A program made the position numbers and the translations under genes. Shown in pieces: positions 53,390 through 64,000 of a stretch of 64,000 nt of DNA. Where the stretch lies: assembly GCA_965213685.1 (NCBI GenBank), contig CBDBZY010000041.1, forward strand, positions 288,001-352,000, given 5' to 3'. Positions within the stretch are counted from its first letter, which is position 1; every line of letters begins with the position of its first letter. The notes below the pieces were generated by a model. That model searched no databases. It had not been told where the DNA came from and was given only the letters and a program-made list of their open reading frames with translations. Source of the stretch: a bacterium. GTDB taxonomy: Bacteria > UBA8248.

Positions 53390-54000
53390 CAGGGCTGGCA
53401 CCACAGGAGTGGCTGGGGCAGCCATGGCTGCCCCAGTTTTTGACCCCCTTCTCCCAAAATTATGACATCTCCAAGCCCAGATACGTAGTCGGCACCTCGA
53501 ATAGTTCAATTCACTTCCACAGTGTCGCAATCAGCACTGCCAGGTGATTATCGCAATGATGACTTTCTGCACGCTAGCTTATTACGCCAGCGCATTGTGT
53601 GAGAGTACGCTATCAGACGTAACTTCACAGCCACTTTCACCTCTGAACAGGGCCAGAGCCGCTAATACATTTGGTTTCAAGCGGATAGCTTTCTGGGGCA
53701 TAGCCTTCTTCGTTGCATGAGTGCTTACGCGCGCAAAGCGATCGCATCACATTACTATGTTGCATGCATGTACAGTTGCTCACTAACTTTAGCCGTCAAA
53801 ACTAGGTTTTTGTAACATGCAATTTACTCTTGCAGTATTACCCCCAAATTGCTCTAGATGCGATCTCAGCATGACTAAAAATCAAAAAATTTTCTGGGGG
53901 GGGGGGCATGCCACAACTCTCGTCAGCATATCACTTCAAACTAGAGTTCTACACCCTGCTTCACCGCCGCCCCACTTTAAAAGAGCGGGCGCCAGCCCTG
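53390..54000. mobile_element. MITE with CAGGGCTGGC termini (hAT-like) inserted in a (CA)n tract
   Basis: 13-bp TIR CAGGGCTGGCACC / GGCGCCAGCCCTG, CpG-rich interior. TSD is ambiguous inside the microsatellite. Confidence 0.7.
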
Positions 54001-54005
54001 CACAC

Positions 54006-54097
<92 letters not shown>

Positions 54098-54195
54098 ATG
54101 TACATGTACATGTACATCTCTCCACCCCCCTCCCCCCTCCTCCACACACACCCACACACCCATCCTCCCCTCCCTCCCTCCCCCCACACACTCAC

Positions 54196-54403
54196 CTGCT
54201 CCTCTATCTGCTTCATCCTCAGCGCCTCCTTCTCCTCCTCCAGCTTCTCCCGCAGAGCCCTCTCCTCGTCGTCCACCCTCCGGGCCCTCGCCAGGTGGTG
54301 CTGGGCCTGGCTGAGGTAGTCCGCACACTTCCGGGCCTCGTGAGTAGCGTAGGTGAGGTCGAACTTCATCCTGTCTCCTTCCTTGCTGAGGTAGACGAAG
54401 AAC
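54196..54403 (-). CDS. CTR9: CTR9 homolog exon (208 nt)
   Basis: (R)[69 protein letters not shown] closely matches CTR9 RYFSYLSKVGDKMRFDL...[27 protein letters not shown]. AAG acceptor after (CA)n, GTGAG donor, phase 2 to 0. Confidence 0.95.
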
Positions 54404-54404
54404 C

Positions 54405-54536
<132 letters not shown>

Positions 54537-55369
54537 ATGTGAATGCAATTTGTATTATAAACACTAAGTTTGACACTTAACAAATTCACTTTCTGTTTAT
54601 ATACATGTAAGTGACCACACAGGTGCTCACATATACATGTCTGCATGTGTACATGCGTTTTGAAATCCCCTCTTTCTGCTGTCAGTGTACATGCATGTGT
54701 GTTTGCGGTTTCAGTCTATTGTGGTTTCAATCTACTGTACATGCACATCAATTTTACATGTGATTGTACACGTACATGGTATATGTACTGTGTACATGTA
54801 CATCAGTGTGGCTCCTCCCCTGATGGAGAGGAGTTACCGGTTGATCCCTAGCGGGATTCTGACAGCATATACAGAGTGATATTGAGAATTGTGAAGGCTG
54901 GCTGTCACCTGGTGGCCATAGCTCAGGCGGTAGAACACTGACAGCTTAATTCAGAGGCCCCCGGTTCAATCCCGGGTAGCTGCTGGTTTTCCACAGTTCA
55001 CAGTTCTCTAAAAATGTTCCCAAGCCTTTCCTCATGTACATGATATATCATGCATCTACAGGTACAGGTATAGTGCATGTACATATATATACAATGGACA
55101 TGTACGTTGAGTTACTGTACAATTCCCCCTGTTGCTCAGTGAGACACTTTGCATTGTCTTGTATTGCCAAATTTGGCCCACAACCACTGAGCTACTCAGT
55201 AGCCAAGTGATGAGAGCACAGGTCTAGAGAACACACATGCAGAGTGCCACGGGTTCAGTTCCCACTCAAGGCAGCTCACTCGCTTGAAAAAAAGAACAAG
55301 TGAGTTTTCTCTGGAGCAGTTTGCTTTCAACGGATGTCATTACATATGGTCTTGCACAACAACACACGT

Positions 55370-56310
55370 AGTGCACCACTGACCGCAGAAAGAGAAAGAA
55401 AACAGAGAAAGAAAACACAAACTACATGCTAAAAAAACAAACAAACTTGCAACAATTTCTGTGGCTTAGAAAATATATTTTGATGAACAGCCTCAGCAAA
55501 TCAGCTTAGAGAATACATTTTGATTGAGAGTGAGCAGGTAGATGGTCCACATGCCCAACCTTGAGAGCTGGGAATGGGGGTTGAAGATCTTTGATGGTGC
55601 ACCAACCCTCATCACCCACGTACACAAACAATCACATGTATATACAAGTATAGTACGCTACAAATTACAGAAAGAGAAAGAAAACGAAGAAGAAAGAACA
55701 CTGCACGCTATGAACAAAACAAATCCATACCAGCCCCAGTGGCTTAGAAAACAATAGTTCAACACTTGATAAACAGCCTCGAGGCTTAGAAAAATGCAAT
55801 AACCTCAGCAGCCTAGAAAAATATTACGTACATGAAATATCACTTACGTATATAAGCACTAGAAAGAAGAGGAAAGGTAAGAAGAGAAAGAAAGGCACAA
55901 ACAATTATAACACACACAGGCAACATATTGTAAACACAAACAACAGCTTCACAAGCTTAGAAATATAGTCTCTCAGCCTCAGTGGCTTAGAAAAATAAGT
56001 AACAGCTTCAATGGCTTAGAAAAATATAGCAATCTCAACCTCAACGGCTTAGAAAAATAGACACAGCTTCTACAGCTTAGAAAAATGTAGCAATCTCAAC
56101 CTCAACGGCTTAGAAAAATAGAGTATAATATTTCACAGCTTCTACAGTTTAGAAAAATATAGCAATCTCAACCTCAACGGCTTAGCATGTTCACAGCTTC
56201 TGCAGCTTAGAAAAATACAACATATAACAGTCAAGAGACAGTCCACATGCCCAACCTTGAGAGCTGTACATGCATTTAGAACCAACAACCTTAGTGACTT
56301 AGAAAAATAA
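55370..56310 (-). repeat. Family E: arrays of TTTTCTAAGC..GAGG(C/T)TG units (~30-35 bp) with a pyrimidine-rich tail ending TCATGTA
   Basis: CTTAGAAAAA core repeated many times. Other arrays at ~497-600, 17265-17490, 44850-45100, 48160-48510, 59205-59540 and 63440-63690. Confidence 0.75.
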
Positions 56311-57926
56311 ACCTACACTTATGAAAATCACTACTACACCTACACCTATGAAAAAAACCTACACTTATGAAAATCAAGTTCAGAGTAAAAAGGCAGATGA
56401 TTCACATGCCTGCCTCGTTCCCAGACTCTCCCCCTAGCACATGCATATGACCTTTTACCTAGCCTCGGTCCTAGGCTCTCCTCCTAGGTCATGCATATGA
56501 CCTTTGACCTAGCCTCGTTCCCAGGCTCTCGTCGTAGCACATGCATATGGCCTTTGACTGCAAAGGTCATACGTATGCGTGTGCTGGGAGGGCCTGGGAA
56601 AGAGGCTAGCACACACTAGCTGACACAGGCACATATCCACACATCATTTTCCCCCAACACTCCAGTGGCTGTAGTGTGGGTCATTATCAGATGCAGGAAG
56701 GAAAACAGAAGCACCCTAGCAACCACACCTGCCAGGTAGGATTACCCTCCTCCCACACACCATTACCACCGGCCATGTACATAATAGGCAGTTAGTGTTG
56801 ATACAAGCACACGCAGACACATTCCTGTGTACACATTCAAAATGTACACTATGCGCTATCTGCAGTGTTATTACTGCATGCCTTCGTAGCCAGCAGCCAG
56901 TCCGTGGTAATGCGTGGAGAGAGGGCAGCTCTCAAGCAGGGGATGTGTGAAGCAGCTGAAACAGTATGTGAGTCTCTGTAGTGTAGCCATGAACACAACC
57001 ATGTACATCACCTATAAGTCCATGTACATCATGTACAAGTCCATGTACATCATGTATAAGTCATGTACATCATGTACAAGTTCATGTACATCATGTATAA
57101 GTCCATGTACATCATGTAGAAGTCCATGTACATGCACATGTACATACTACTATGGAGACTAGCCTATTCAGTACAGGCAGCTGTACAGCAAGCCATGTAC
57201 ATGTACATGAATGAATTGAGAACCACACCTCCATAGGCAGCATGCATTGCTTGTTATAATCAGGCAAGGCTAGTTGTACTGCATTGCTATGCCTTGCCTA
57301 ACCCAGCCAGCTGGGCTTCCTCGGTAGCTCAGTTGGTAGAGCAGTGTCCAGTTGTTGCAGGTTCAAATCTCGATAGCTCAATGCTGTCTTAATTGCCTTT
57401 GAATGCGTGTGTATGAACATGATCAGACCTACATGTACATGTAGAAACTTGAACCCGCGACTTTCTGCGTACTGGGCAGATGCTCTACCGACTATACATG
57501 TGTATACATGTAGCAGTTACATGCATAGCCCATGCAGACAAGCATGCTGTGATCCCCCGTCTGGCAGCAGAGATACATGTACATGCACACCTGCACATGT
57601 TGCCTGTGTGTGTATTACAGTGATATGTTTGTTTGTTTCTTTCTTTCTCTTCTTTCCTTTCCTCTTCTCTCTAGTGCTTGTATAAGTGATTTTTCATGTA
57701 CATGTACGTCAGTGTGGGATCTGAAGCTAGTTTGGAACACGTGCAGCAGCACTAGCCACATATGGCAGTACAGTGTGGGAGGAGGTCTTGTGCTCAGACC
57801 CTCAGGTGTGCCCCCCTGAAAGAGGTGGCATCTTTTGACTGACTTCTTGGCACTAGAAGTACAGTGTACATGTACTGTACATGTACTAAGCCACTGAGGC
57901 TGAGAGTATATAAGCTTTTGAGGTTG

Positions 57927-58401
57927 TTACCCTGTGTGCACATACGCAGCAGGGGTATAGTGTTCTGCTGTCAGTTTGTTTGTTTGAGAGTTTGTGCGCT
58001 CTTTTTTGGGCCGTTTGCGCATTTGAGGAACGTTCAAGGGCGACAGACAGATCTCGTGAAAAAGGTTGCTTGTAAAGTGGCGTTTTTGCTTCGTTCGAGT
58101 TAGAAGCGTTAGAAACTTACCCGGCCGGCTCGAGTCCACCATTTTGTTCACGCAATGTTTCGTATACCTCCGTTTCACGTCCGTGATGGTACATAGAGTT
58201 GTGTGTAGTATGAAAAGCTCTCTTCTGATACAATGCCAACACCTATACTTTAGTACATCTGCACCACATGCACATGCAATGGCAACAGCTATAGCTACTC
58301 ATAGACGTGTCTCTAATATCTATGAGCTACTTTAGTACATCTGTACCACATGCACCTGCATTGTACACGCGCACGGGGTATGCGCTCTATGAGCACTTGT
58401 T
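57927..58401 (+). mobile_element. HINE-like element, second family
   Basis: TTACCCTGTGTGC...CAGGGGTA start, (GTTT)n, subterminal GCGCACGGGGTA, 3' GCTCTATGAGC hairpin. Confidence 0.55.
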
Positions 58402-60388
58402 GTATCAGGTATTCTTTCTTTCTTCTCATCCTTCCTTCTGTCTTTTCATGTAGTGTGCTGTATACAGTACATTGTATAATAGTAATGTGATTGTCATGTG
58501 ATGTGTGTACTACAACAGTCCTGTCGGCACTTCCTTGAAGTCACATAACATACTGCACACTGGCATTCTGATTGGCTTACCCATTTACCAAACATGCTGA
58601 TTCTGCACAGCCAAGAAATCTCTCCTAAGATACCCAGCCTTCCTTGGGCCAACACCCAGGCTCAGTCAGATAGCATATGCTCGGTAGCTTAGTGGATCAA
58701 CAGAGTACTGGTCTAGATAAACAGTGACGTGGGTTCAAATCCCAGCTCACTTCCTTGAAAAGAAGAGACCATCTCAGTTGGTGTTGTTGTGTTGCCTTGC
58801 TTTGTTTAATGTGTCTGAACTATTTAATCATGCACGTTAACTCAGTCAACGAGACAAGGCAAAGTAAAGCAACTACGCCCAAAGACAACTCCTATTTTTC
58901 TCAAGAGAAAAGATGAGCTACGAGCTGTCTCAGGCAGGACTTGAACCCACAACATTCTGCGTACTAGGCAGACGCTCTACCAACTGAGCCACCGAGGCAG
59001 CTACACAATACACTATACTCAAATAACATATGCATGCGCTCTGCACCCACAATCATTTGCTTCGCCCTGCCTTATCTCTCTGACTGATGTTTACATTAGC
59101 TAAGTATACACACATGCATATGTACAATCAAACAAAAGCCCTGATAGGCAAGCTGTCCGGCACCTTTTGATCGACTTCTTGGAACAAGAGGTACATGTAC
59201 ATGTTTCTAAGCTATTGAGGCTGTTAAATCTATTTTTCTAAGCCGTGAGGCTGCGGGTCTTTTTCTAAGTCAATGAGGCTGAGAATTTATTTTTATAAGC
59301 CACTGAGGTTGAGATTGTTTTGTATATTTTTCTAAGCTGGTGAGGCTGAGGGTGTGCATATATTTTTTCTAAGATGATGGGACTGAATATTTTTCTAAGC
59401 TGCTGAAGCTGGGAGTGCGTACACATATATATTTTTCTAAGCCTTTTGAGGCTGTTGTAAATTGTTGGTGTTTGTTCGTTTCTTTCTTCCTTCTTTTCCT
59501 TCCTCCTTTCGTAGTGTATATAATATGATTGCTCATGTACATACACTGTATATTATTAATGTGATTGCCGATCATGTGGTATACACACAACAGTCCATGC
59601 AATTGACACTTTGAGAGTTGCCTTGAAGTCACGTGATATACTGGAAATTGGCATTCTAATTGGCTTACAAATTAAAAAAAACAACATGCTGACTCAAGAT
59701 ATCCCACATAAAATACCAGATAGGCCTTTTTGGGCATGCAGGCACACGTCGGGCTGATCCAGTCCACTTAGCATATACACACACAGGCTCATGCAGTCAC
59801 TTAACATTACGCATATACATGTATATACGTACATGTGCATGTACACTGCACTTCAATCAACACATGCACACCTACACCTCCATGTACATATGTATGTGTA
59901 CCAACCCACTATCCCAGTTCTCAAGGTGGGGCATCTGTTTTGTTTGTGTGTTTGCATGGTTAATGGTGGTGGGCATTAATTGGGATATTAGGACAATCAA
60001 GGCAAGTGGTCTAATTACCCCGGCCTTCTCCTGCATGCTAAGTTCGAGTTTCCCCTGTTTGTCAGGTGGTATAGAGACACTTGCCTTGCTTTGTATTGCC
60101 TAATTGAACCCACAACCACTGAGCTGCCTCGGTAGCTTAGTGTATAGAGCACGGCTGCATGGTCTATATATAGAGAATGATGGACATATGGGTTTCACTT
60201 TTTTTTTGAAAAGAAGAAAAAGTGAGCTGTCTCTGTCTCAGTTGGCATTGTTGTGTTGCCTTGCCTTGTTTGATGTGTCTCAATTACGTGTTTTTAGTCA
60301 TGTACACTGTACATTCTCTTTCTTTAATTGAGCTCTATGTACACGTACAGTACATGTAAATACTCATACATTTAAAAGAGAGCTAATG

Positions 60389-60480
<92 letters not shown>

Positions 60481-60486
60481 CCAGTC

Positions 60487-62562
60487 ATGATGGAGTTTGG
60501 TTTCCAACAGGTTGAGCTGTGCCGCAACAAGCCCCTCGGCAGTGCTCCACACAGCTCTGCCTTCATAGCGCGCTGCGATGAGATTCTCTGTGCAGCTAAA
60601 GTTCTCCATGTGGAAAGCAGACAAGGGGAAGACCCTATCGTTAGCCTAAAACGAGCACACCAGCTCCTGAGGGGAGTGCGTCACCCAAACATCGTCCATT
60701 TTCTGGGCACACACACAGATGAGGTGTCAGGAGAAACCATCATACTGATGGAGCTCTGCGATGAAAGCCTAACAACTCTCCTGCACCAGTCGCTGGCTCC
60801 TCTCCCCTACTGTGTGGAGGTCAACATCTGCCACGACGTGGCCAAAGCCCTGGCCTACCTGCACCGTAACCACCTCATCCACAGAGGACTCACTAGCAAC
60901 AACGTCGTAATCATCAACAAGACCATTGCTAAGGTCGGAGACTTTGCTCTGTCTCAAGGCCTGGATTCCTGTGATCCAGGGATGGAGTACGCAGGACTCT
61001 GCCATGATAAGGCAGCCTACATGCCACCTGAGGCCTTAAGGGAGCCGCAAGTTTTCAGCAGCAAAGCGGACTGCTTTTCATGGGGCGTGCTGGCGATCCA
61101 GGTAATGAGCAGGGACATACCCGCACCAGGGCCTCAATTTGAAAAGGTCAGAGGGTCGCACTACCAGTCTGGGTGCACCGACGTCCCGGTACCGGAGGAG
61201 AGACGCCGGCAGTTGCACATTGCCAAGATTGACATGGCGCACCCCCTGCTGCAGCTGGCCATGAACTGTCTCAGTCACGAGGACATGCGACCCTCGGCTG
61301 GCCAGCTCTGCACAAGGATAGAGCACTTGAAGAAGAGTTCGAGGTTCACTCAGAGTGCCAGCGGAAGGCGTGACTCCAGTGCGGACTCCCTCCAGCAGCA
61401 GGTGGAGAAGCTGGTGAAGGAGAACCATAGCCTGAGGATCGCCATCGAGCACAAGATGGTGACGATGGAGGCGATAGGGAGGGAGATGGACAACATGCGG
61501 CAGGAGCTTGGCCAGAACAAGGAAACCAGACAGCAGCTCAAGGTCGAACTGGAGGAGAGCCAGAAATGCGTCGCTGAGCTTCAAGCCGAGAACACTCGAC
61601 TGCACGTGGATGGCGGAACGATGGGACTGCTAGTTCAGCCTCAGAGCAGCCTCTCCTCCCTCAGGTGGGAGCTGAGGAAGAAAGCTCCAGCAATCATGAC
61701 CAGAGGAGCGGCAGTTGCAGACGGACACACGGCATACTTTAACCCTTGCTTCTCCAATGTAGTGTACTCATATGAGCTAGCTCCAGGAAGCTCAGAAGGG
61801 GTGTGGTCTTCCCTACCAGTGTGTCCGTTCCAGCGATTCAGTCTTGCCATCATCAAGGGTAAACTGACGACCATCGGGGGGGTCAGGGCGAACAAGAAGT
61901 GTGCGATTCTTCTCTCTCTCTCTGAGCAGCAGTGGCTCAAGCAGTACCCGAACATGCCGACAGAGCGCTGTGACACTACTGCCCTCGTCAGTGGCAAGAC
62001 GCTGGTGGTGGCCGGAGGGGAGGGGGAGCAGGCGCGGAAACTGGGCACAGTTGAGGTCATGAACACCCAGACAGAGCAGTGGCAGTCTGTCACCTGGCAA
62101 CCGTGCCCCATCTCCTTGGCATCCAGCACAGTGTGTGGCGGACAGCTGTACCTCGGCGGAGGGTTTGACAAGAGCATGGAGGAGGTTCACTCGGTGTACA
62201 CGTGCTCCCTCACCAAGTTATTGACACACCCTCCAAGGAAGAGCAAGAGCCTGTCTCTGGGGCCAAGGTCAGAGAATCGCATCTGGAGACAGATCAAGGA
62301 ACTTCCTGTGGGCGGGGCCACACTGGTCACTGTCAGAGGGCAGCTGCTGGCATTAGGTGGGAGAGGGAAGATGTCCAAGCAGTTCACGGGAGTGGTCCAC
62401 AGGTACAACCTGTACGAGGACTCCTGGGAGGTGATCAGTCACATGAAGATGGCTCGCTCATTCTGCCTCGCGGCTGTGCTCAGCGAGGATCGTCTGATGG
62501 CAGTGGGAGGGCACTCGTTGGACAAGTGTGTGTCCTCAGTGGAGCTGGCCACAGTGGAGTAG
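60487..62562 (+). CDS. Protein (pseudo)kinase - coiled coil - 6x Kelch repeat protein, 691 aa, nested antisense in a CTR9 intron
   Basis: Kinase motifs CAAKVLH, RHPNIV, LMEL, IHRGLTSNN, KVGDFA, YMPPE, DCFSWG. Heptad-rich segment at ~61380-61600. Kelch blades ending in GG (LTTIGG, LVVAGG, LYLGGG, LLALGG, LMAVGG) with downstream W. A (CA)n-CAG acceptor 6 nt before the ATG implies an upstream non-coding exon. Confidence 0.93.
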   Translation: MMEFGFQQVELCRNKPLGSAPHSSAFIARCDEILCAAKVLHVESRQGEDPIVSLKRAHQLLRGVRHPNIVHFLGTHTDEVSGETIILMELCDESLTTLLHQSLAPLPYCVEVNICHDVAKALAYLHRNHLIHRGLTSNNVVIINKTIAKVGDFALSQGLDSCDPGMEYAGLCHDKAAYMPPEALREPQVFSSKADCFSWGVLAIQVMSRDIPAPGPQFEKVRGSHYQSGCTDVPVPEERRRQLHIAKIDMAHPLLQLAMNCLSHEDMRPSAGQLCTRIEHLKKSSRFTQSASGRRDSSADSLQQQVEKLVKENHSLRIAIEHKMVTMEAIGREMDNMRQELGQNKETRQQLKVELEESQKCVAELQAENTRLHVDGGTMGLLVQPQSSLSSLRWELRKKAPAIMTRGAAVADGHTAYFNPCFSNVVYSYELAPGSSEGVWSSLPVCPFQRFSLAIIKGKLTTIGGVRANKKCAILLSLSEQQWLKQYPNMPTERCDTTALVSGKTLVVAGGEGEQARKLGTVEVMNTQTEQWQSVTWQPCPISLASSTVCGGQLYLGGGFDKSMEEVHSVYTCSLTKLLTHPPRKSKSLSLGPRSENRIWRQIKELPVGGATLVTVRGQLLALGGRGKMSKQFTGVVHRYNLYEDSWEVISHMKMARSFCLAAVLSEDRLMAVGGHSLDKCVSSVELATVE

Positions 62563-63942
62563 CCAGTGCAGCATGGAATATGTATGCATACATGTACATA
62601 TACATGTACATATGTACACATACTGTACATACAATTTTCACACACTATGTACACTGCACAGTATGACTTCATTCGTACAAGAACAATGCATTGGTGAGGT
62701 ACATGTATACATGAGGAAAGGCTTGGTAACTCCTCTCCATCAGGGGAGGAGCCACACTGAGTGAAATATTCTATTTATTCATAGCAGTGCACAGGAAGCT
62801 GGGTCTCCCTCCAGGGAGCCACCACACACAACACGCAAGCTACATTATACGTGAGGAAAGGCTTGGGAATATCTTTAGAGAACTGCAAAAAACCAGCAGC
62901 CACCCGTACCATGCATATTTAGTACAATACATGTAGAAATGTGCAGGGAGGAGACGAATAGTGGTACATGTACATGTAGTAGGTGCACTGCTCTAGGTTT
63001 GAATATTGTGTTGCACATACAGCTCTCTGCACTCAGCACACCATGAATACAGCTGTAGGTGTATTAAGAGGTTTACAAAATCACATGCAAGTATTTCACT
63101 ATAAATCTGGGTATAGTGTAGGTAGACACATCCAAGAGGGAATTTGCTTGCCAGCCAATGATGGTTTCTTGAGTCGAAAAGTCTGTCTACGTTCATAATC
63201 CTGTTTACATCTACATGTACATGTACATATCACAACCTTGACCTTGTAAGCTTGTACATGGGATGTATAAATTGTAGTGGAGATAGTAACCAAACTGTAT
63301 GACAGGACCTCAAGGGCTCATTTGTGAGCATTTGCTGCTGCTAGCAGGTTGTGTGAAGGTGAGCAGTGTCTTCATGGTTACTTTCTTTTTATTGTACATA
63401 ATTTTGTGTATATATTGTATACTTGTAGTTTTGTAGAAGGTTCCTACTTTTCAAAGCTTAGAGGCTACTGTACATGTATGTGAGAGTTATTTTCTAAGCC
63501 TAGAGGCTGTGGTGTGTTAAATTGCTCTGAATTATTTTTCTAAGTCTTGAGGCTGTTCTGGTTGTTTTCCAATTTCCTACTTTTCTAAGCTTAGAGGCTA
63601 ATGTACAGGGTATGTGAAAGTTATTTTCTAAGCCTAGAGGCTGTGGTATGTTACATGTAGATTGCTCTAAGCGTTGAGGCTGTTCTGGTTGTTCTTGTCT
63701 GTGTCTGACTGTTATGTGAGTTCAAGAGAGCACTTGCGTGTGTGGGGAGAGTTGGCAGCCATAAAAGATCTGCAACCCACTGCCCCAGTTTTCAAGGCTG
63801 GGCATCCAAGTGTCTTGCGCTCATTGTGTTGGTACATGTACATGTAGTTTAGTTACATGTATAGGGGTTTATGGCCTTCATCTTTCTTAACTCTTTCTAG
63901 CTGGTGTGCTGTGCACGTTATTTCATGTACATGCTCCTGTAC

Positions 63943-64000
63943 CTCTGGGCCATTTCCAGCTCCCTGACTGCAGCCAGTACTGTGTTGAGGCTGCTCCTCT
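63943..64000 (-). CDS. CTR9: CTR9 homolog, internal exon (truncated by window edge)
   Basis: Translates RSSLNTVLAAVRELEMAQ(R), similar to the recalled human CTR9 KSNLKEVLNAVKELELAHR. Ends AG|GTACAG (phase 2) and joins in frame to the exon starting at 54403. Confidence 0.9.

Noticed and set aside
55960-56310. CRISPR-like appearance of family E arrays and other minisatellites
   Set aside because: Eukaryotic context, degenerate repeats, short spacers related to each other, and no cas genes.
60769-62666. ORFs overlapping the kinase-Kelch gene in other frames or the opposite strand
   Set aside because: Shadow ORFs of a GC-rich CDS.

Overview
Repeat-rich eukaryotic genomic DNA, most likely from an early-branching animal such as a demosponge. 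That is an inference from the kinase-coiled-coil-Kelch gene type and the (TACATG)n/(CA)n-rich, CpG-poor introns. Almost the whole window is the 3' part of a minus-strand CTR9 (PAF1 complex) gene. Seven exons with mutually consistent splice phases run from the right edge (63943-64000) to the stop at 5708, with introns of about 1.9-24.6 kb. A pseudokinase-coiled-coil-Kelch gene (60487-62562, +, uninterrupted CDS) is nested antisense in one CTR9 intron. The first coding exon of a signal-peptide/LRR-N-cap gene (4602-4870, -) follows CTR9 in a CpG-rich island. The introns contain two families of repeats carrying minimal type-I hammerhead ribozymes (Penelope-like/retrozyme type) and several tRNA-derived repeat families. 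These unrelated families share a ...TCATGTA(CATGTA)n 3' end. Also present are a MITE family with 9-bp target duplications, other MITEs and HINE-like elements, a 482-bp-arm palindrome, a ~4.7-kb inverted duplication bracketing four CTR9 exons, and many mini/microsatellites. Nearly all other ORFs in the track are microsatellite artefacts. Exon and ribozyme coordinates were read by hand; repeat boundaries are approximate.
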